From Phoronis australis (taxonomy: Eukaryota; Animalia; Phoronida), in NCBI GenBank assembly GCA_002633005.1, contig NMRA01001098.1, positions 1-37,039 on the forward strand: a stretch of 37,039 nt of DNA, written 5' to 3'. The position numbers and the translations under genes were made by a program. The notes beneath the pieces are model-generated. The model saw only the letters and a list, made by a program, of their open reading frames with translations. It ran no database searches and was not told the origin of the DNA. Within the stretch, counting starts at the first letter, position 1. Every line of letters starts with the position of its first letter. Positions 1-11,927 of the stretch are shown piece after piece.

Positions 1-414
1 CAGAAGGTCACATCACTGTTTGGAAGGGCAACATTATTTAGAGGGATTGTTGAGTGTTGCTCAATGCTCAGGACTCCAGAGTTTTGGGAAGCAGTTGAAC
101 GAATTAGAAACCAACGATGAAAACATTCATGAAAAGAAACCAAACCCCATAAAACGCTTTAATGAGTGGTTCGAAAAAGAGGAAATAAAAGTACATGTGC
201 ACTGTCACACAAGAGCTGCATGATAGTAAGAAAAGGTTCAACAAGTGAAATGCAGTTTACTCACTGGTAAATATTAAACTAAGCAATCAGGGTGTAGACT
301 GGACTGGATTATTTTGTAAACAAAAGTCAAGAGTGAACAATAGGGCCAGGTGTGCAGGACTAAGGGTTAAGCTAGTACTGGTATGCCGAATACAAAGGCT
401 TATCAATATATTAT

Positions 415-659
415 GTCATCAAATTCAGTCAACAGAGAGTGCACTATAGCAAGGGGGTTGGGGGATCTACAGAAAACAATGAAATGAAACATAACCAAAT
501 GTAAAGAAATGAGAACAAGGTAACAAAGACACGGCAGTCATCAAATTCAGTCAACAGAGAGTGCACTATAGCAAAAGGGTTTGGGGGGATCTACAGAAAA
601 CAATGAAATGAAACATAAACAAATGTAAAGAAATGAGAACAAGGTAACAAAGACATGGC
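415..659. repeat. Tandem duplication, two copies of about 122 bp
   Basis: 415-536 and 537-659 both begin gtcatcaaattcagtcaacagagagtgcactatagc and end aaggtaacaaagac(a)yggc, with few differences. Confidence 0.9.
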
Positions 660-1276
660 TGAAGATTACTGTCTCCACCTCTTATTAATAAAACTTAAAT
701 GGTAATTTAAAACAATGGCTTGACATTATTTCATTTGCGAACACCATTCCAAAAATTCTGGATCTGCCACTGGCACTGAAAATCCCGGAATACCAATTCA
801 ATCCGACAACATCGGACTTGTTACAGTAAATCTACTTTACAAAGAACAAACACAACATTGAAGACACCATGGTATATTCGCCCAGACGTTTATCTTTCAC
901 TAAGTAACAATGTTTCTCTGACTTTAAATGTGGTACAAGTACATAGTCTGTAATTTCATGAACACAAAATCCCACGCAAACACGGTATACTTTATCCATA
1001 CAGCCAGCAGCATCATGCGAGCAAAAGGGATGACAAAAAATACTTACGTTTTTCTTCACCAGGTCCAGGTACCGAGCCCGACGTAGTCGATCGGCTAAGC
1101 CTCTCACGAATCACGGCTCGACGAGCTGGTCAAACTCAGACGGCCATCCAGGAAAACCGACGTGAATTCCCAGCGCTGTCATTTACTCCCCGCTCAATTG
1201 CTTCCTTCCAATGGCCGTTTTCGTCAACTGCCTGCATTTTTTGTCCATCTTCCATTTTGAAACGGCTACTTTTGAG

Positions 1277-1425
1277 TTGAGAGCAAAAACAACAACACAG
1301 CCATCCTCACGTGTTGGCCGGACTCACTACTCACNNNNNNNNNNNNNNNNNNNNNNNNNNNNNNNNNTTGAGAGCAAAAACAACAACACAGCCATCCTCA
1401 CGTGTTGGCCGGACTCACTACTCAC
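1277..1425. other. Assembly gap (33 N, 1335-1367) flanked by an identical 58-bp duplication
   Basis: 1277-1334 equals 1368-1425 on either side of the N-run, typical of an unmerged contig overlap. Confidence 0.85.
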
Positions 1426-1984
1426 CACCATGCGCGAGTTAGGTCCTTATAGACATGTTCACCAAAATGAAACTGCTGTTTTCTTGTTAAAATATAGAGT
1501 ACGATTTTACTTAAATTTTGATAATTTAACGTGCAAATAGTTTAAAAATGACAATTATAAGTCGATTTTGACGTCTTCCTTTGTTGACAGTGAAACCGCA
1601 TTACCGCGTAGTAATCTTGTGTGACGATTCTCTGAGTGTGCAGGTTTAGCCTGGACTGAAAGTGAAATATCTCGGCCAAAACTTCATCGATTTTCGTGGG
1701 AGAAAAACGCTTGTTTTCAGAATTTTACGAGGAATTTGTTGATGAATCTTTTAAATGTCATTGAAAAAGGCGAAAATACAAACGCGCGAGTCATATTTCT
1801 TCAGGCAGCCCTTAGCGGCTTCACGGGCAATAAAATGTAATCGACCGAATAGATTCGTCGACCACAGATTTACCCTGTGGTTTTTCCGCTTGATCCCAGT
1901 CCGCCCCGAGTTGCTCTAGCAGCCAACTCGGGGCGGTCTCTCACGAGGGTTTAGCGTTATGAGGAAAGAGGTCACCAATGAACG

Positions 1985-2128
1985 CATGGGCGGCGCACCA
2001 TAGGGGGCTGGGGGGGCTATAGCCCGCACCTTTTTCAGTGCTACGCCTCACATGGTCTATAGGCGATGAAAGACAGGGAGCTGAGAGGGCTTTAGCCCCC
2101 CACTTTTTTCAGCGTTGCGCCGCCCATG
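1985..2128. mobile_element. Short MITE with 13-bp TIR, hAT-type (possibly a 5-bp-TSD subgroup)
   Basis: Ends catgggcggcgca ... tgcgccgcccatg. Internal ggggct/agcccc motifs. Flanks gaacg / gaacc (5 bp, 1 mismatch). Confidence 0.7.
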
Positions 2129-2860
2129 GAACCGTGACGAGGGCGGATATAAAGTCAGCGCAACGTGTAACATCCTGTGTATAGCGCCACCTGGTATGCA
2201 AGGAGGAAGACATCAGGACGGAGTGATGTCAAAAATTTCTGCAAGCATTTACCACTTTTTGGAGGGAAAAGTGAATTTTCATGTGTCAACGAGAATATGG
2301 TTTGAACATTTATATCGTCATGTTGTTAGTCCTGTTGTTCTGCTATGATTGAACCTTTCTTTTTTGCTAATTTTTCATAAAACGTTGACACGTGACTTAA
2401 TCAGTGGCTGATGGGTATAAAGTAATATATAAAAAATAATTGCTGGCCGTCTGGAACACGTTGTACCAGACGTGCGCAAACTGCGCATGTGGACCCATTG
2501 CACTGATCACCTGTAACTATTTTTGTGCTTTATTAATATACTAGCCGTTACTGAGCTAGTGGGAAACGCCGAGGGGAAATAGATACACCTGAGAGTGAAC
2601 CGATCGAGTGTTCATCGCAAGAGACAGGAATGAAGAGACCGTGTTCAAAGCTTCAAGCAGAATTTCTGTCACCTGTCAGATTTTAGTAGGCAATTAAGGA
2701 GTGCAGCTGTGGGATTCTTCCCCCAGGCAGTACAAATTTCTTTCCAGAACACTTGACCCTGCCGTAACTCAAAGCACGGTAATCAGATTTATTCTTCAGT
2801 TTAAAGTGGAAACTAAGAATGCATTTAAAATATTGTGTAGTACGCAAAGTATATAGATGT

Positions 2861-3026
2861 CAGTGGCGGATTTAGAGGGGGGCCAAGGGAGCCATGTCCC
2901 CCTCCCCCCCATAAAATTCTCCCAGTTCCATTTGGCAGTTCGGGGTGCGAATGTCTGAAGGGCAAAATTCTGTCTAATACTCTATTAATGCCGTCCCCCC
3001 AACTCAAAATCCTGAATCCGCCCCTG
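2861..3026. mobile_element. MITE with CAG termini and a perfect 5-bp TSD (hAT5-like)
   Basis: cagtggcggatt ... aatccgcccctg, with TSD gatgt at 2856-2860 and 3027-3031. A related terminus (ggatctgccactg) lies at about 760-772. Confidence 0.8.
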
Positions 3027-3356
3027 GATGTATTTACAAAAGTTGCATCATCAATGTACATAGCCTACTGAGGTAGAAAGCCAGCTAGCTGTATGAAAAC
3101 TATCGTCGACATACAGCTAAGTAGCCGTGTGGATAGCTCCGTTAGACACCGAAATTTCACACAACCCCGGTACTCAGCTCAGTTGTGAAACTTAGAGCTA
3201 ACAACCTGTAAGGGTGCATGCAGAATCTGGGAATGAAACGACATTCACAGTGCCCGTTATAGCCGTTTATAGAAGTAAACGAAATCTAATGAACGTTATT
3301 TTTCGTAATTCTCCGCATTTTGTAACAAAGGAAAATCCTGCCGTCGTTATGAAAAC

Positions 3357-4473
3357 CACAGGCGCTTGGGTTTATCGCAAATGACGTCACAATATATATA
3401 TAAGAAAACATAAAGGTTGGACACTCGAAATCTGTTTGCTCAGAATTTTCTACTCAAATGTGCATGGAACTCCACGAAACTAGCATCGGACAACTCTTAG
3501 AATACCTTCTTTCATTTGATCTCTTCAAATTGCCTTGGAGTGGTGATTTGGCGACAAAAATGCCAAAAGAATGCCAAAATCACAAATTCAAGGACCTGAT
3601 TCCGTGATGTCATGGCAGACGGTCTTCGCACATCCGGGTTTTGACCGACGCTCCCGAGCTAAATCCGAAAGTCTAATTTCGCGCGGCTTTCGCCGTCAAT
3701 CCATCGACTACTTGATCATGAGAAGAGGAGAGCACTTTATTGCCAAATAAATGTAATTACTCACATATTTGTGTCAAATATAAATTATCCAGATGCAGTA
3801 TTGATATGCGAAGTTTTTTTTTGTACTGTGATTTCTTATGAAGGTTTTATTTTTGGCCAAAACCATTGAGTTAACTCGTCGGCCACGCGCATTGTAATAC
3901 TTGCACGGGCTGCGTTTTCTGGCCGAGTGTGTGTTGTGCTTCAATCAAAAAAGTGCGTGATGTCAAGATGAGAAACAAGATACGTCAGTTTATGCAATAA
4001 AATTCTAAGTTAAGGGCTAAAATGAGCCGTCAGTGGAATAAAGTTACAAATAATCATTAAAATACTAACTTTAACATTCTCAATTAGTTGACTTTTGGAT
4101 TAGAGTTATTGAATTTGAAATATAGGTTGCTTGCTCAAACTTGAAGTTTCACCTACGTCAGGCGTACAAGTTGAAGCACAACAGAAATCCGCCATGTTTA
4201 CTATTTCAGGTCCTTGAATTCAGAGTTTTGAGATTGTTTTGGAAATTCCATCGCCAATTCACCACTCACGAAGACAGTTAATGGGATCTAGGAAAGATAA
4301 GGCTTCGAAGGTTTATGCAACACCAGACTGAGGGAGGTGCACGCAGATTTTATTTGGATTTTGGACGGTTGAAGTTGGGAGCCTCGGCTTGGCAAAGTTT
4401 AAGTGTCCAACCTTTATGTTTTCTTATATATATTATTGAGTGACGTCATTTGCGATAAACCCAAGCGCCTGTG
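3357..4473. mobile_element. Non-autonomous DNA transposon with long TIRs and an 8-bp TSD (P- or hAT-like)
   Basis: TIR cacaggcgcttgggtttatcgcaaatgacgtcac...; exact reverse complement ends at 4473. TSD atgaaaac at 3349-3356 and 4474-4481. Confidence 0.9.
3413..4414. mobile_element. Probable second element nested at the centre of the 3357-4473 palindrome (AAGG...CCTT termini, TA-flanked)
   Basis: ta|aaggttggacact ... agtgtccaacctt|ta. Internal inverted blocks aattcaaggacctga (about 3585) and tcaggtccttgaatt (about 4206), plus gagtggtga..ttggcga / tcgccaattcaccactc. Confidence 0.55.
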
Positions 4474-5134
4474 ATGAAAACAGTGCAATCTCGTGACACG
4501 TGCACGTACGCGCCATTTCCCAAAACTGCGATATCTCTCTAGAGTATTTTCTGAAATTGTTTTTTTTTGGTATTCAAATAATAAAAACTTGTAACGAAAT
4601 GACATCACTTCCGATTGTTATGACATGTACGCAACCTATACAGTTGATTGAAGAACATGGAAATTGGTCCGATAAGTGACGCACTGGCGCCCAAAGAGCG
4701 CATCGCAATTTTAGCAGCAGATCGACTGAAGAATGCCAATTTTCCAACACCCTGATAAATAATTTAGTTTACTCAAGGAAGAGTAAATTTTTTTTAATGA
4801 TGCATCATTAATTTTGGCGGCAACATGCTCGATGAATTATTTTCGTGACAGAAGCCGGGGGAGTGAAATTAAGCCGACGAAGTGACGTCACCCAAGCCAG
4901 TACGAAACTGGCCACCCTCCCTCCGCGTCCGCGAAAAAACGACCCGCGAGAAAAAATAGAACACCTCGAATCCAAGTAGGGGGCTGGTGCAATACCTGGG
5001 ACCAAGGCGGTGCCGAAACGGGAGCAACAAAGGTCTGTAGTGAAGCGGGGGAGACGGAGTTTGTGCAAACGATGCATTTTGTATAATAGATAAATGTAGT
5101 TAAAACCGAGCTTAGGAGCTAGAAACCTGACTCA

Positions 5135-5213
5135 AGGGTCTAGTAGGACTCGAACTCACGACCTCGAGTAAAGACTGAAGGCGGGCGCCTATCACAATAG
5201 GCCACCTTGCCTC
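5135..5213 (-). mobile_element. tRNA-derived Pol III head (SINE-like or tRNA pseudogene)
   Basis: Minus strand reads GGTGGCCTATTGTGATAGGCG (A-box-like) ... GGTCGTGAGTTCGAGTCC (B box). Stems do not close into a canonical cloverleaf. Confidence 0.6.
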
Positions 5214-5390
5214 CTCTTCCGATGGGTATAAAGCCACAAACCAAACTTTACGGACTTTCTATTTTCGGAAAATTTGTACTTTTGATGAGTGAAATTACAT
5301 AGTTTTGTAGACATTTGGCTAAATGTACACTCAGACTTGACGATAAGGTCATACATAACATTAAGCATTGCATTTCCTCAGTGTTGAACT

Positions 5391-5652
5391 GCCAAAACTT
5401 GGGAAATGAATTGATTAACTCATAAGGCCCGTTTTCTAATATCACTGAATCAAAAAGCTTTTCAGAGTTTACTGACGTTGGCTTGCCCCGAGAGCTTGAA
5501 TTCAGCTATGGCGAACCTGCCAAAACTTGGGAAATGAATTGATTAACTTGATCTCATAAGGCCCGTTTTCTAATATCACTGAATCAAAAAGCTTTTCAGA
5601 GTTTACTGACGTTGGCTTGCCCCGAGAGCTTGAATTCAGCTATGGCGAACCT
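5391..5652. repeat. Near-perfect tandem duplication (128 + 134 bp)
   Basis: 5391-5518 and 5519-5652 are identical except for a 6-bp insertion in copy 2. Confidence 0.9.
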
Positions 5653-6081
5653 ATATTATAGGATTTGAGAACACTCGCTTTTCACTCTCGTGGTTTTGCG
5701 AGGTCTTGCAAGAAGATGTTTTTACATAATCAACTAGGTCTACGAAACGTTCTCTCAGGATCTGTTTCATAAAAACGACAAAAATGTGTTACGATACCAC
5801 TGCACACTTGTTAAAAAAGATTTGGTCAAGTTAGTATGAGTGCATGACGGAATATAAATAATTTACAGCAATTATGTCAGTAACTAGCAGTCACGTGTAT
5901 ATTCTGGGAGAGTGTGCTTTTGTTCAATTGAGATTTCATTATTTTTCAGAAATAGTTGTGTGAAGTGTAAAACCAAATTTCAGTCATGTGTTTTGCGTCA
6001 TTTTTCGCGAAAATGGTTCCTGGGCTACATTAAGTAGATCACGTTTAGTGCTAGAAAGGCAATGTCACTCAAGTTTGCATT

Positions 6082-6133
6082 TAGACAGTGACCACCAGAG
6101 CCAGAGCCAGTTAGAGACGGTGGTCACTGTCTA
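6082..6133. mobile_element. 52-bp mini-element with 15-bp TIR and 9-bp TSD (TAG...CTA termini; AcademH- or MULE-like)
   Basis: tagacagtgaccacc ... ggtggtcactgtcta, with TSD gtttgcatt at 6073-6081 and 6134-6142. Confidence 0.8.
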
Positions 6134-6324
6134 GTTTGCATTACAACTGAAGCAATGGGTGACAGCCACGTGTAGCTTTAGTGGCGTCTTTGCTGGCGTC
6201 TAAAGTTTACGGAACACGCTCTTGGAGCATTAATTAAGTCTTGGTCAGGAGGTAGTTTGTTTACTGAGACTTATCATTCATAACGGGAAGTATTGGGCTC
6301 TATCACCTTACTGTTATTTTTCAG

Positions 6325-6522
6325 ATATCTTCGTACATTTTGTTTTCGGTGGTCAAGTGCTACTTGCGAGCTGCCTTGGCAACGGTAGCTGCTGGACTAG
6401 GACAAAAAGCGCTGGTGTATTACAGCTTGGTGCCGGAGTTCTCTGTTGCTCTGTTGGTGTTGCCCTCATTTATATGCGTCGACGTGCTGAAACTGTTGAC
6501 TGATATCCCTCAATGTGCCTAA
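6325..6522 (+). CDS. Terminal coding exon of an upstream SLC52-family (riboflavin transporter-like) paralogue; first exon outside the window
   Basis: Acceptor ttatttttcag|ATA, phase 0. Reads ISSYILFSVVKCYLRAALATVAAGLGQKALVYYSL...PSFICVDVLKLLTDIPQCA*. By manual count 40/65 aa are identical, with no indels, to exon 16745-16966. Confidence 0.85.
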   Translation: MSSYILFSVVKCYLRAALATVAAGLGQKALVYYSLVPEFSVALLVLPSFICVDVLKLLTDIPQCA

Positions 6523-6957
6523 CATAAATTTCAAATAACGTTGAGATGAACAAACCATAAATGTGTGAACAGAATGAGTTTTTTTACTTTTTACTTCTTT
6601 AATCCAGATAAGCATGAACAAGGGCGTGGGAGTCGACGTCGATATTAAGACAGACCTGACGTAGCATAGATGTCGCAAGCCGAGGTTGATTGTTGGGTGC
6701 ATAAGTTGTTTAGACGCTGATATTTCGTTTGTTTCCCGTCCAAGAAACGTAGGACATCGACGTCCGATAACAGCCATTTTTAATGAATTTGCTACCACAT
6801 CTCAACCGACGTGGTGACGTTATTTCAACGTTGAAACGATGCTGTAATGTCTGGTGGGCTATGGATTCAGACCAATGAAAGGGCGGGTTTATTGCCAGTG
6901 TATCAACCGGGAAAACCGGGGTCGCCGTCCGCTCTTGATATCAGGAAATTTGGTCTA

Positions 6958-7382
6958 AAGGCCATTTCATACTAGCGTCGATTCGGCGATGGTTTGGGGA
7001 GTTGCGGTCAATATGAACGGTTGTAATTTCGGTCCTGGATCGAAGTTAACAGCGCCAGTTAACTTCACAGTAAACAGGTAGATTTAACAACAGAGGACAG
7101 TGTTGTCGCTAATAATTGCTTATGCTTTGCTCAAATAATCACTAATCGAATTAGAAACAAGTTTTATGTCAATTAGCACACGTAAATGGTCTCAAATTGC
7201 CACATTACAGAAATCTTAGCGCGCACGGTATGCATCAGCGCTACCTTGCGATTACTTCGATGAACGACAGTGTCACCTACCCTTTACTTCGATGCTGTTA
7301 ACGGCCGAAGCTGGTATGAACGATTCGCAGTTTACATCAACGCTTACCTCTTACCGGAGTTAACTTAGTATGAAAGGGCCTT
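6958..7382. mobile_element. MITE with TIR AAGGCC(A/C)TTTCATACTA (Harbinger/Tourist-like)
   Basis: ctaaaggccatttcatacta (6955-6974) versus tagtatgaaagggcctttag (7366-7385), one mismatch. Confidence 0.7.
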
Positions 7383-8114
7383 TAGCTCCTATTGTGTCGT
7401 ACAGGGCAATTATGGCACCGACGATGTCTTTCTTCACGGCAATAAAATAGTGACTGAAATACATTGAAATGTCAAGGACAGAAACTGGTAGTTTTTTAAC
7501 TTGTTTGGCTTCTGAAATTGAGTTCTTCGTGAAAAGTTGGTGTAAAATCCTTCTTTCGTGGAAGAAATGACGTAAAAAATTCGCCAAAACGAATGCCTTT
7601 TATTTGTTGACACTAGAATGACCATCATAGTTTTGATTCGATGCGTGTTTACATTAGAAAATGACCTAAACGAGCGATCGGTAGTTTCATGTCATGTCAA
7701 AATATTTGCCTTCGATAAATACATGTCAGACTTACAGGACAGTCAGTTCAGCCGCTTGGACACAGTTTTAACATGGAAATAACATTAAAAAACGAGCCAA
7801 TGCCTTTCGAAGTTTCTGGAACATCTGTCCGCTCGACTAAAGATAAAAATTCTTCACCAATAACCTCTGAATCGGCCGACTCGATGGCATTCTCAATTAA
7901 ATCATAGTTGTCGTATTCAACTTCCATGAAGTGCGTAGCCATTTTACACATTTTAATGTGGCAATGAACAGTTAGGCTTCGGCAGCGGCCAATTTGCAGT
8001 CCCAAAATATTAAAATCTACGGGTAGGCTAGATTTAGGGGCACTTTTAGTTAGATATTGCATGTAGGCTCAGTGAATGTGGTTTGTTTGTATTTGTGAAC
8101 ATGTTGAGAATGAA

Positions 8115-8610
8115 AAAGCCCACTTGCTCGGCTGTAGCTGCACTTTCCCCTCGTTAGTTTTCATAATTTATGCAAATTAAGACCGCCATTATTCAAACAC
8201 CTACTTGTGCTCATAGCTAGGACAAAAGCACCAATTTATTGTAAACTATATTAATGTTTTCTCCTATGTTTCTATGGTCAATTACTTTAATGAAGTCAGT
8301 GTGTGCAAGATGTTGCATAATAAATTTGCATAATTTATGCAATGAACGCCCACCATAAAAAATCTGTTTCTATTTGTGAGTGCCATACGGGGCATTCATG
8401 TAAATCACTTTGACATTTGCACCCATGTTTTTGTGGTCAATGAACTTATGGAAATCAGTTTGCTGGCCATTACATCATAAATTTGTATAACTTATAACTT
8501 CATTTTAAATGCTTCCCCTAACGGACACAATTAATGCAGATACAAATTATGCATGTGAATCAAACATTTGCAATTAATTACTAGGTTTCCAAAACCATGC
8601 AATTCATTCT
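8115..8610. repeat. Degenerate repeat of about 160-bp period, probably TE-borne satellite
   Basis: Recurring cataatttatgcaa / taaatttgyataa and tatgttt..tggtcaat blocks at about 8160, 8325 and 8480. Confidence 0.4.
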
Positions 8611-8659
8611 AGTTTTTCCACAACTGACAATGCGCAGCTCATCATTTAGTATCATGTCA

Positions 8660-8890
8660 CCAAGGGTTGGAAACACCGTCTTTGTAAAAGCCATTAAGTT
8701 CCCGTTACGATCTCCCTAAACTCCAGTCTTGGACCAGCAGCAACCAAATCCCTGGATTTGCATCTCTTCAGGCACCAAAAGTGCTCTTTCCCCGATGACC
8801 AACTTCCACGGGTCAGATTCCAAAGCTACGCTTTTACATTTTAGCTGCGAAATATGGGTATGGCCACGGAAACTAGTAGTCTTTGGGAAT
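8660..8890 (-). pseudogene. Possible highly decayed hAT transposase N-terminal (TTF-type zinc finger) fragment
   Basis: Broken minus-strand frames give PKDY*FPW...KRSF...WKL...FWCLKRC...AFTKTVF, echoing the P..y.FP...KRsF...W...C..C...aF...GF pattern. Multiple stops and frameshifts. Confidence 0.3.
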
Positions 8891-10664
8891 GGACTTTGGT
8901 CTTCGTGTGTGGAACCTTTTCGGTGCGTGTGTGGAGTTCAGTGGTGCAAATCGGCGGATTTGCACCTCGGGTTTGATGTCTTCGAATCCGGAATTGGAGT
9001 TTACGGGATCGTAACTGTATTCTGAAGGTGCTTTCGTGGAATTGTTTCCAGCCCTTGGTTATGTAAGCAGCCAAATCACTAGACCAGTTAGTTCAGTTAC
9101 AATAAGCCAACCGGTACAGACATTATTTTTCGATGCATGACATATAAGGCGTGTGAATTGTGTGTAATTCCATTACATACAGTCGAAGTTGACCCCCTCA
9201 GATATTTAAGAGTTTGCCAAAATGAGAACGATATACGTTGACTTTTTGATAAAATCCATGGTTATGATTTTCAATGAAGACAATGTCCTTGGCCAGTAGT
9301 AAGCAATTCGACACTTCCGTTTATCGTGCCGATTTGTTTATTCTATTTTTCCGTGAAAGTCAAAACTTCACTACTAGATTTGAAACTACCGGATTCCAAA
9401 AACGTTTTCATTCTGATTTAATTAGCATAACATTTTGATACGACGATATTATGATATAATGCTTCTAATATTAATCTCTATACAATACTGTGATATTTTT
9501 CAACTTTTCCATGTAATGGCATTAAAAAATGTGGTATAATGCAATGCAAAATCTGTAAAATACATTTACGTTCGAAACTGCGATAATTTTTATGTACAGT
9601 GTACAGTTAGATTTCAACAATTTTTACCTGTTTTATAGTTCTTTGTTTTTATTCTTTTTTCTGTTTACACAAGATTACCTACATTCTAATATTGGTAGCA
9701 TACGTTCTTCATAGACTATAAGAGGTTATCTTATATGCTACATTTGTGGTCCTCTTTTAAGACACATGGCCTCATAGCAGTAATATAACGTAGTAAAGAA
9801 CTAGGTGATACCAACGTAGTTCTCGGCGGACACGCTTTTGGCAGGAACGTCTTGCTTTTTGAAGGTTTATTGCGCCATACCATTCGATCATCCAAATGTC
9901 TCGCTTTTTGACCCATAGCGAAATTGACTTATTACCATTTTTCATTGTGATTTGCCACGCCGTTCGGGTAAAAAGTCAAAAGCGCTGCTGAAACGTTTTC
10001 ATGTGTTTCATCCTCTACTTTTGACATAGACCCAGATGTCCCACTTTATATCCGATTCTTCAATTTTTCACTCCAGGTGTCCCATTTTTTCATTTTTGAA
10101 TGTTGGCAACTATGTGACATACCTATGGAGTTGCAAGCTTGTCTTGATTTAGTCAAAATCAGTCAACAAAATGCCACACGTCATGCTACTGAACATGTAT
10201 ATCAAAGGGAATGTGAAGCTGATTGACGAGAACAGAAGAAACAGCACTGAAGATTCAAACTACAGTCAGCCAAGCTTGAAAATGGGCTGTTTACCTACTA
10301 CCACATTTGCATTGTTGTTACTGTGGTAAGGACATTATGCAAAAACATTAAATCCAATCAGATGAGACTGTGTCGTTATCAAATGTGAAATAAATGAAGT
10401 ATGACGACTTCCGAGCTTCATGCAAATAGTATAAGATGCCGATGAAACGTGGAACGATGAATGGGGCATCTGTAGATTGTAAAAACATCGGCTCTCTTAC
10501 GCTGGCAATTTCATTCGAGCTGGCAAAAATCTCGGCCCGCATTTCAAAATTTTAGGTCGCACCTGCAACCTGTAGCTCGTGATGTTAATTGCACTAACGT
10601 GAACTTTCGCATGATTGAAAGAGTGCATAGGAATAGAGAAATGACCAGGTAGGGGAATTTCCTA

Positions 10665-11412
10665 CAGTGGCCTAAAGATGACATCGCGCGTTTTTTTTTT
10701 GTTTTTTTTTAATTATCTCAGGATCTCGAGATCCCTACTTAATTCTCTCGTGATCTCCATTCTATCAATATATTCTGTTTTGAGATGCATACCGTTCACA
10801 ACTAAAAAATCATCGTTTTCGCAACGAATAGTGGATAAAATTGAATGAATGGTAAGGGGCGTCTGCTATTTTGTCCCACACGGTCAATAGAGCTATCACA
10901 ACAAAACATTAATGAAAACGCTTATTTTTAGAACTTCCATTTGTCAACTGTCCAGATAACGTGATCTGAGGGAAAGACGGAACTTAGGTTAATCAAAATA
11001 CAACAGACTTACGTTTCTGATGTTAATGGAATGATTTGAAAGAAGCTCATTCCGCTTAAGATTTCAATACTACTAGTTTTGCTGGCTAGAAAACAAAATT
11101 AGAATTAGGCCTCTTACGGTTATAAAATCGGTCTCACGTGATAGGCCTTGTTTTCTGTTTCCAAGAATATTTTAATCTGTATAGCATTGAAGCTGTTAGA
11201 GATGTGTTCAACAAAGGGATGACACAAAAAGAATGTAGACATGCTCATTCCGTCTGCTATCGATCCACATGCTGTGGCAATGCGAGGAGCCAGAAGGCTG
11301 ATTACGCAGAGCGACACACTATAAGGAAGATTATCTTGGGATAATTAAGTTAGGATCTTGAGATCTCGAGATGGTTAAAAAATGAACGCGCGATGCCATC
11401 TTTGGGCCACCG
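10665..11412. mobile_element. TA-flanked MITE with about 85-bp imperfect TIRs (Tc1/mariner-type)
   Basis: ta|cagtggcctaaagatgacatcgcgcg ... cgcgcgatgccatctttgggccaccg|ta, with atctcgagat motifs in both arms. Ends about 515 bp upstream of the SLC52 ATG. Confidence 0.8.
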
Positions 11413-11927
11413 TAACTTCCACATTACCGGTAGCTGGAAAATTTTTAGAAAGCTGTGTTCGCCGGTTGACAGCTTGGACAAGTGTTAGAGTATGATCTCA
11501 TATCCGAGTGAGTGCATGTGAAGGAGTAGTTCAGAGAATTAAGTGTTACGTAATACACCCCCAATATGAGGAATTCTAGTAAACATGTTTGTTCAGTATA
11601 TCCTGTTATGATTCATGTATGTCACTACATAAGTGTATGATCGCATGGATTGTAATAGACTCAGTAGTATCAGTAGAAGAGTATGTAATAAAACTATTAT
11701 CCTCCTTCAGACTAGTATAATTATCCTTGGACCGCGTTCTCGCTCTGCGTCGCGCATTCAACGTTCCTAACCGAACAGAATGCCTTTCACTGCTAGAGCA
11801 CAATGGTGATCTCTCCACTTCAGCTCACATGAATTGAACGATATACGGCACCTTGAAGGGTCAAGGCTAGGGGTTGGGTTTGATTGAAAAGTCCGTTCAA
11901 AATGACATTCAAAGACTGTACGTTACG

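Noticed and set aside
1277-1425. 58-bp direct repeat as a biological repeat, and the 1211-1540 ORF
   Set aside because: Identical copies flank an N-gap, so this is an assembly overlap artefact. The ORF spans Ns.
832-1812. Possible minus-strand first exon (ATG about 1255, donor GTAAGT about 1048) behind a Kolobok-like terminus near 1812
   Set aside because: In-frame stops, no recognisable domain, and no matching second terminus in the window.
7748-8062. Acidic ORF with a good AAAATGG start (MATHFMEVEYDNYD...)
   Set aside because: No recognisable family, no clear GT donor and no partner exons. It may be a TE gene first exon but cannot be supported.
9700-10115. Coding-looking minus-strand stretch plus a hAT-like end (gttggcaactatg)
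   Set aside because: Too decayed to assign; only one terminus is visible.
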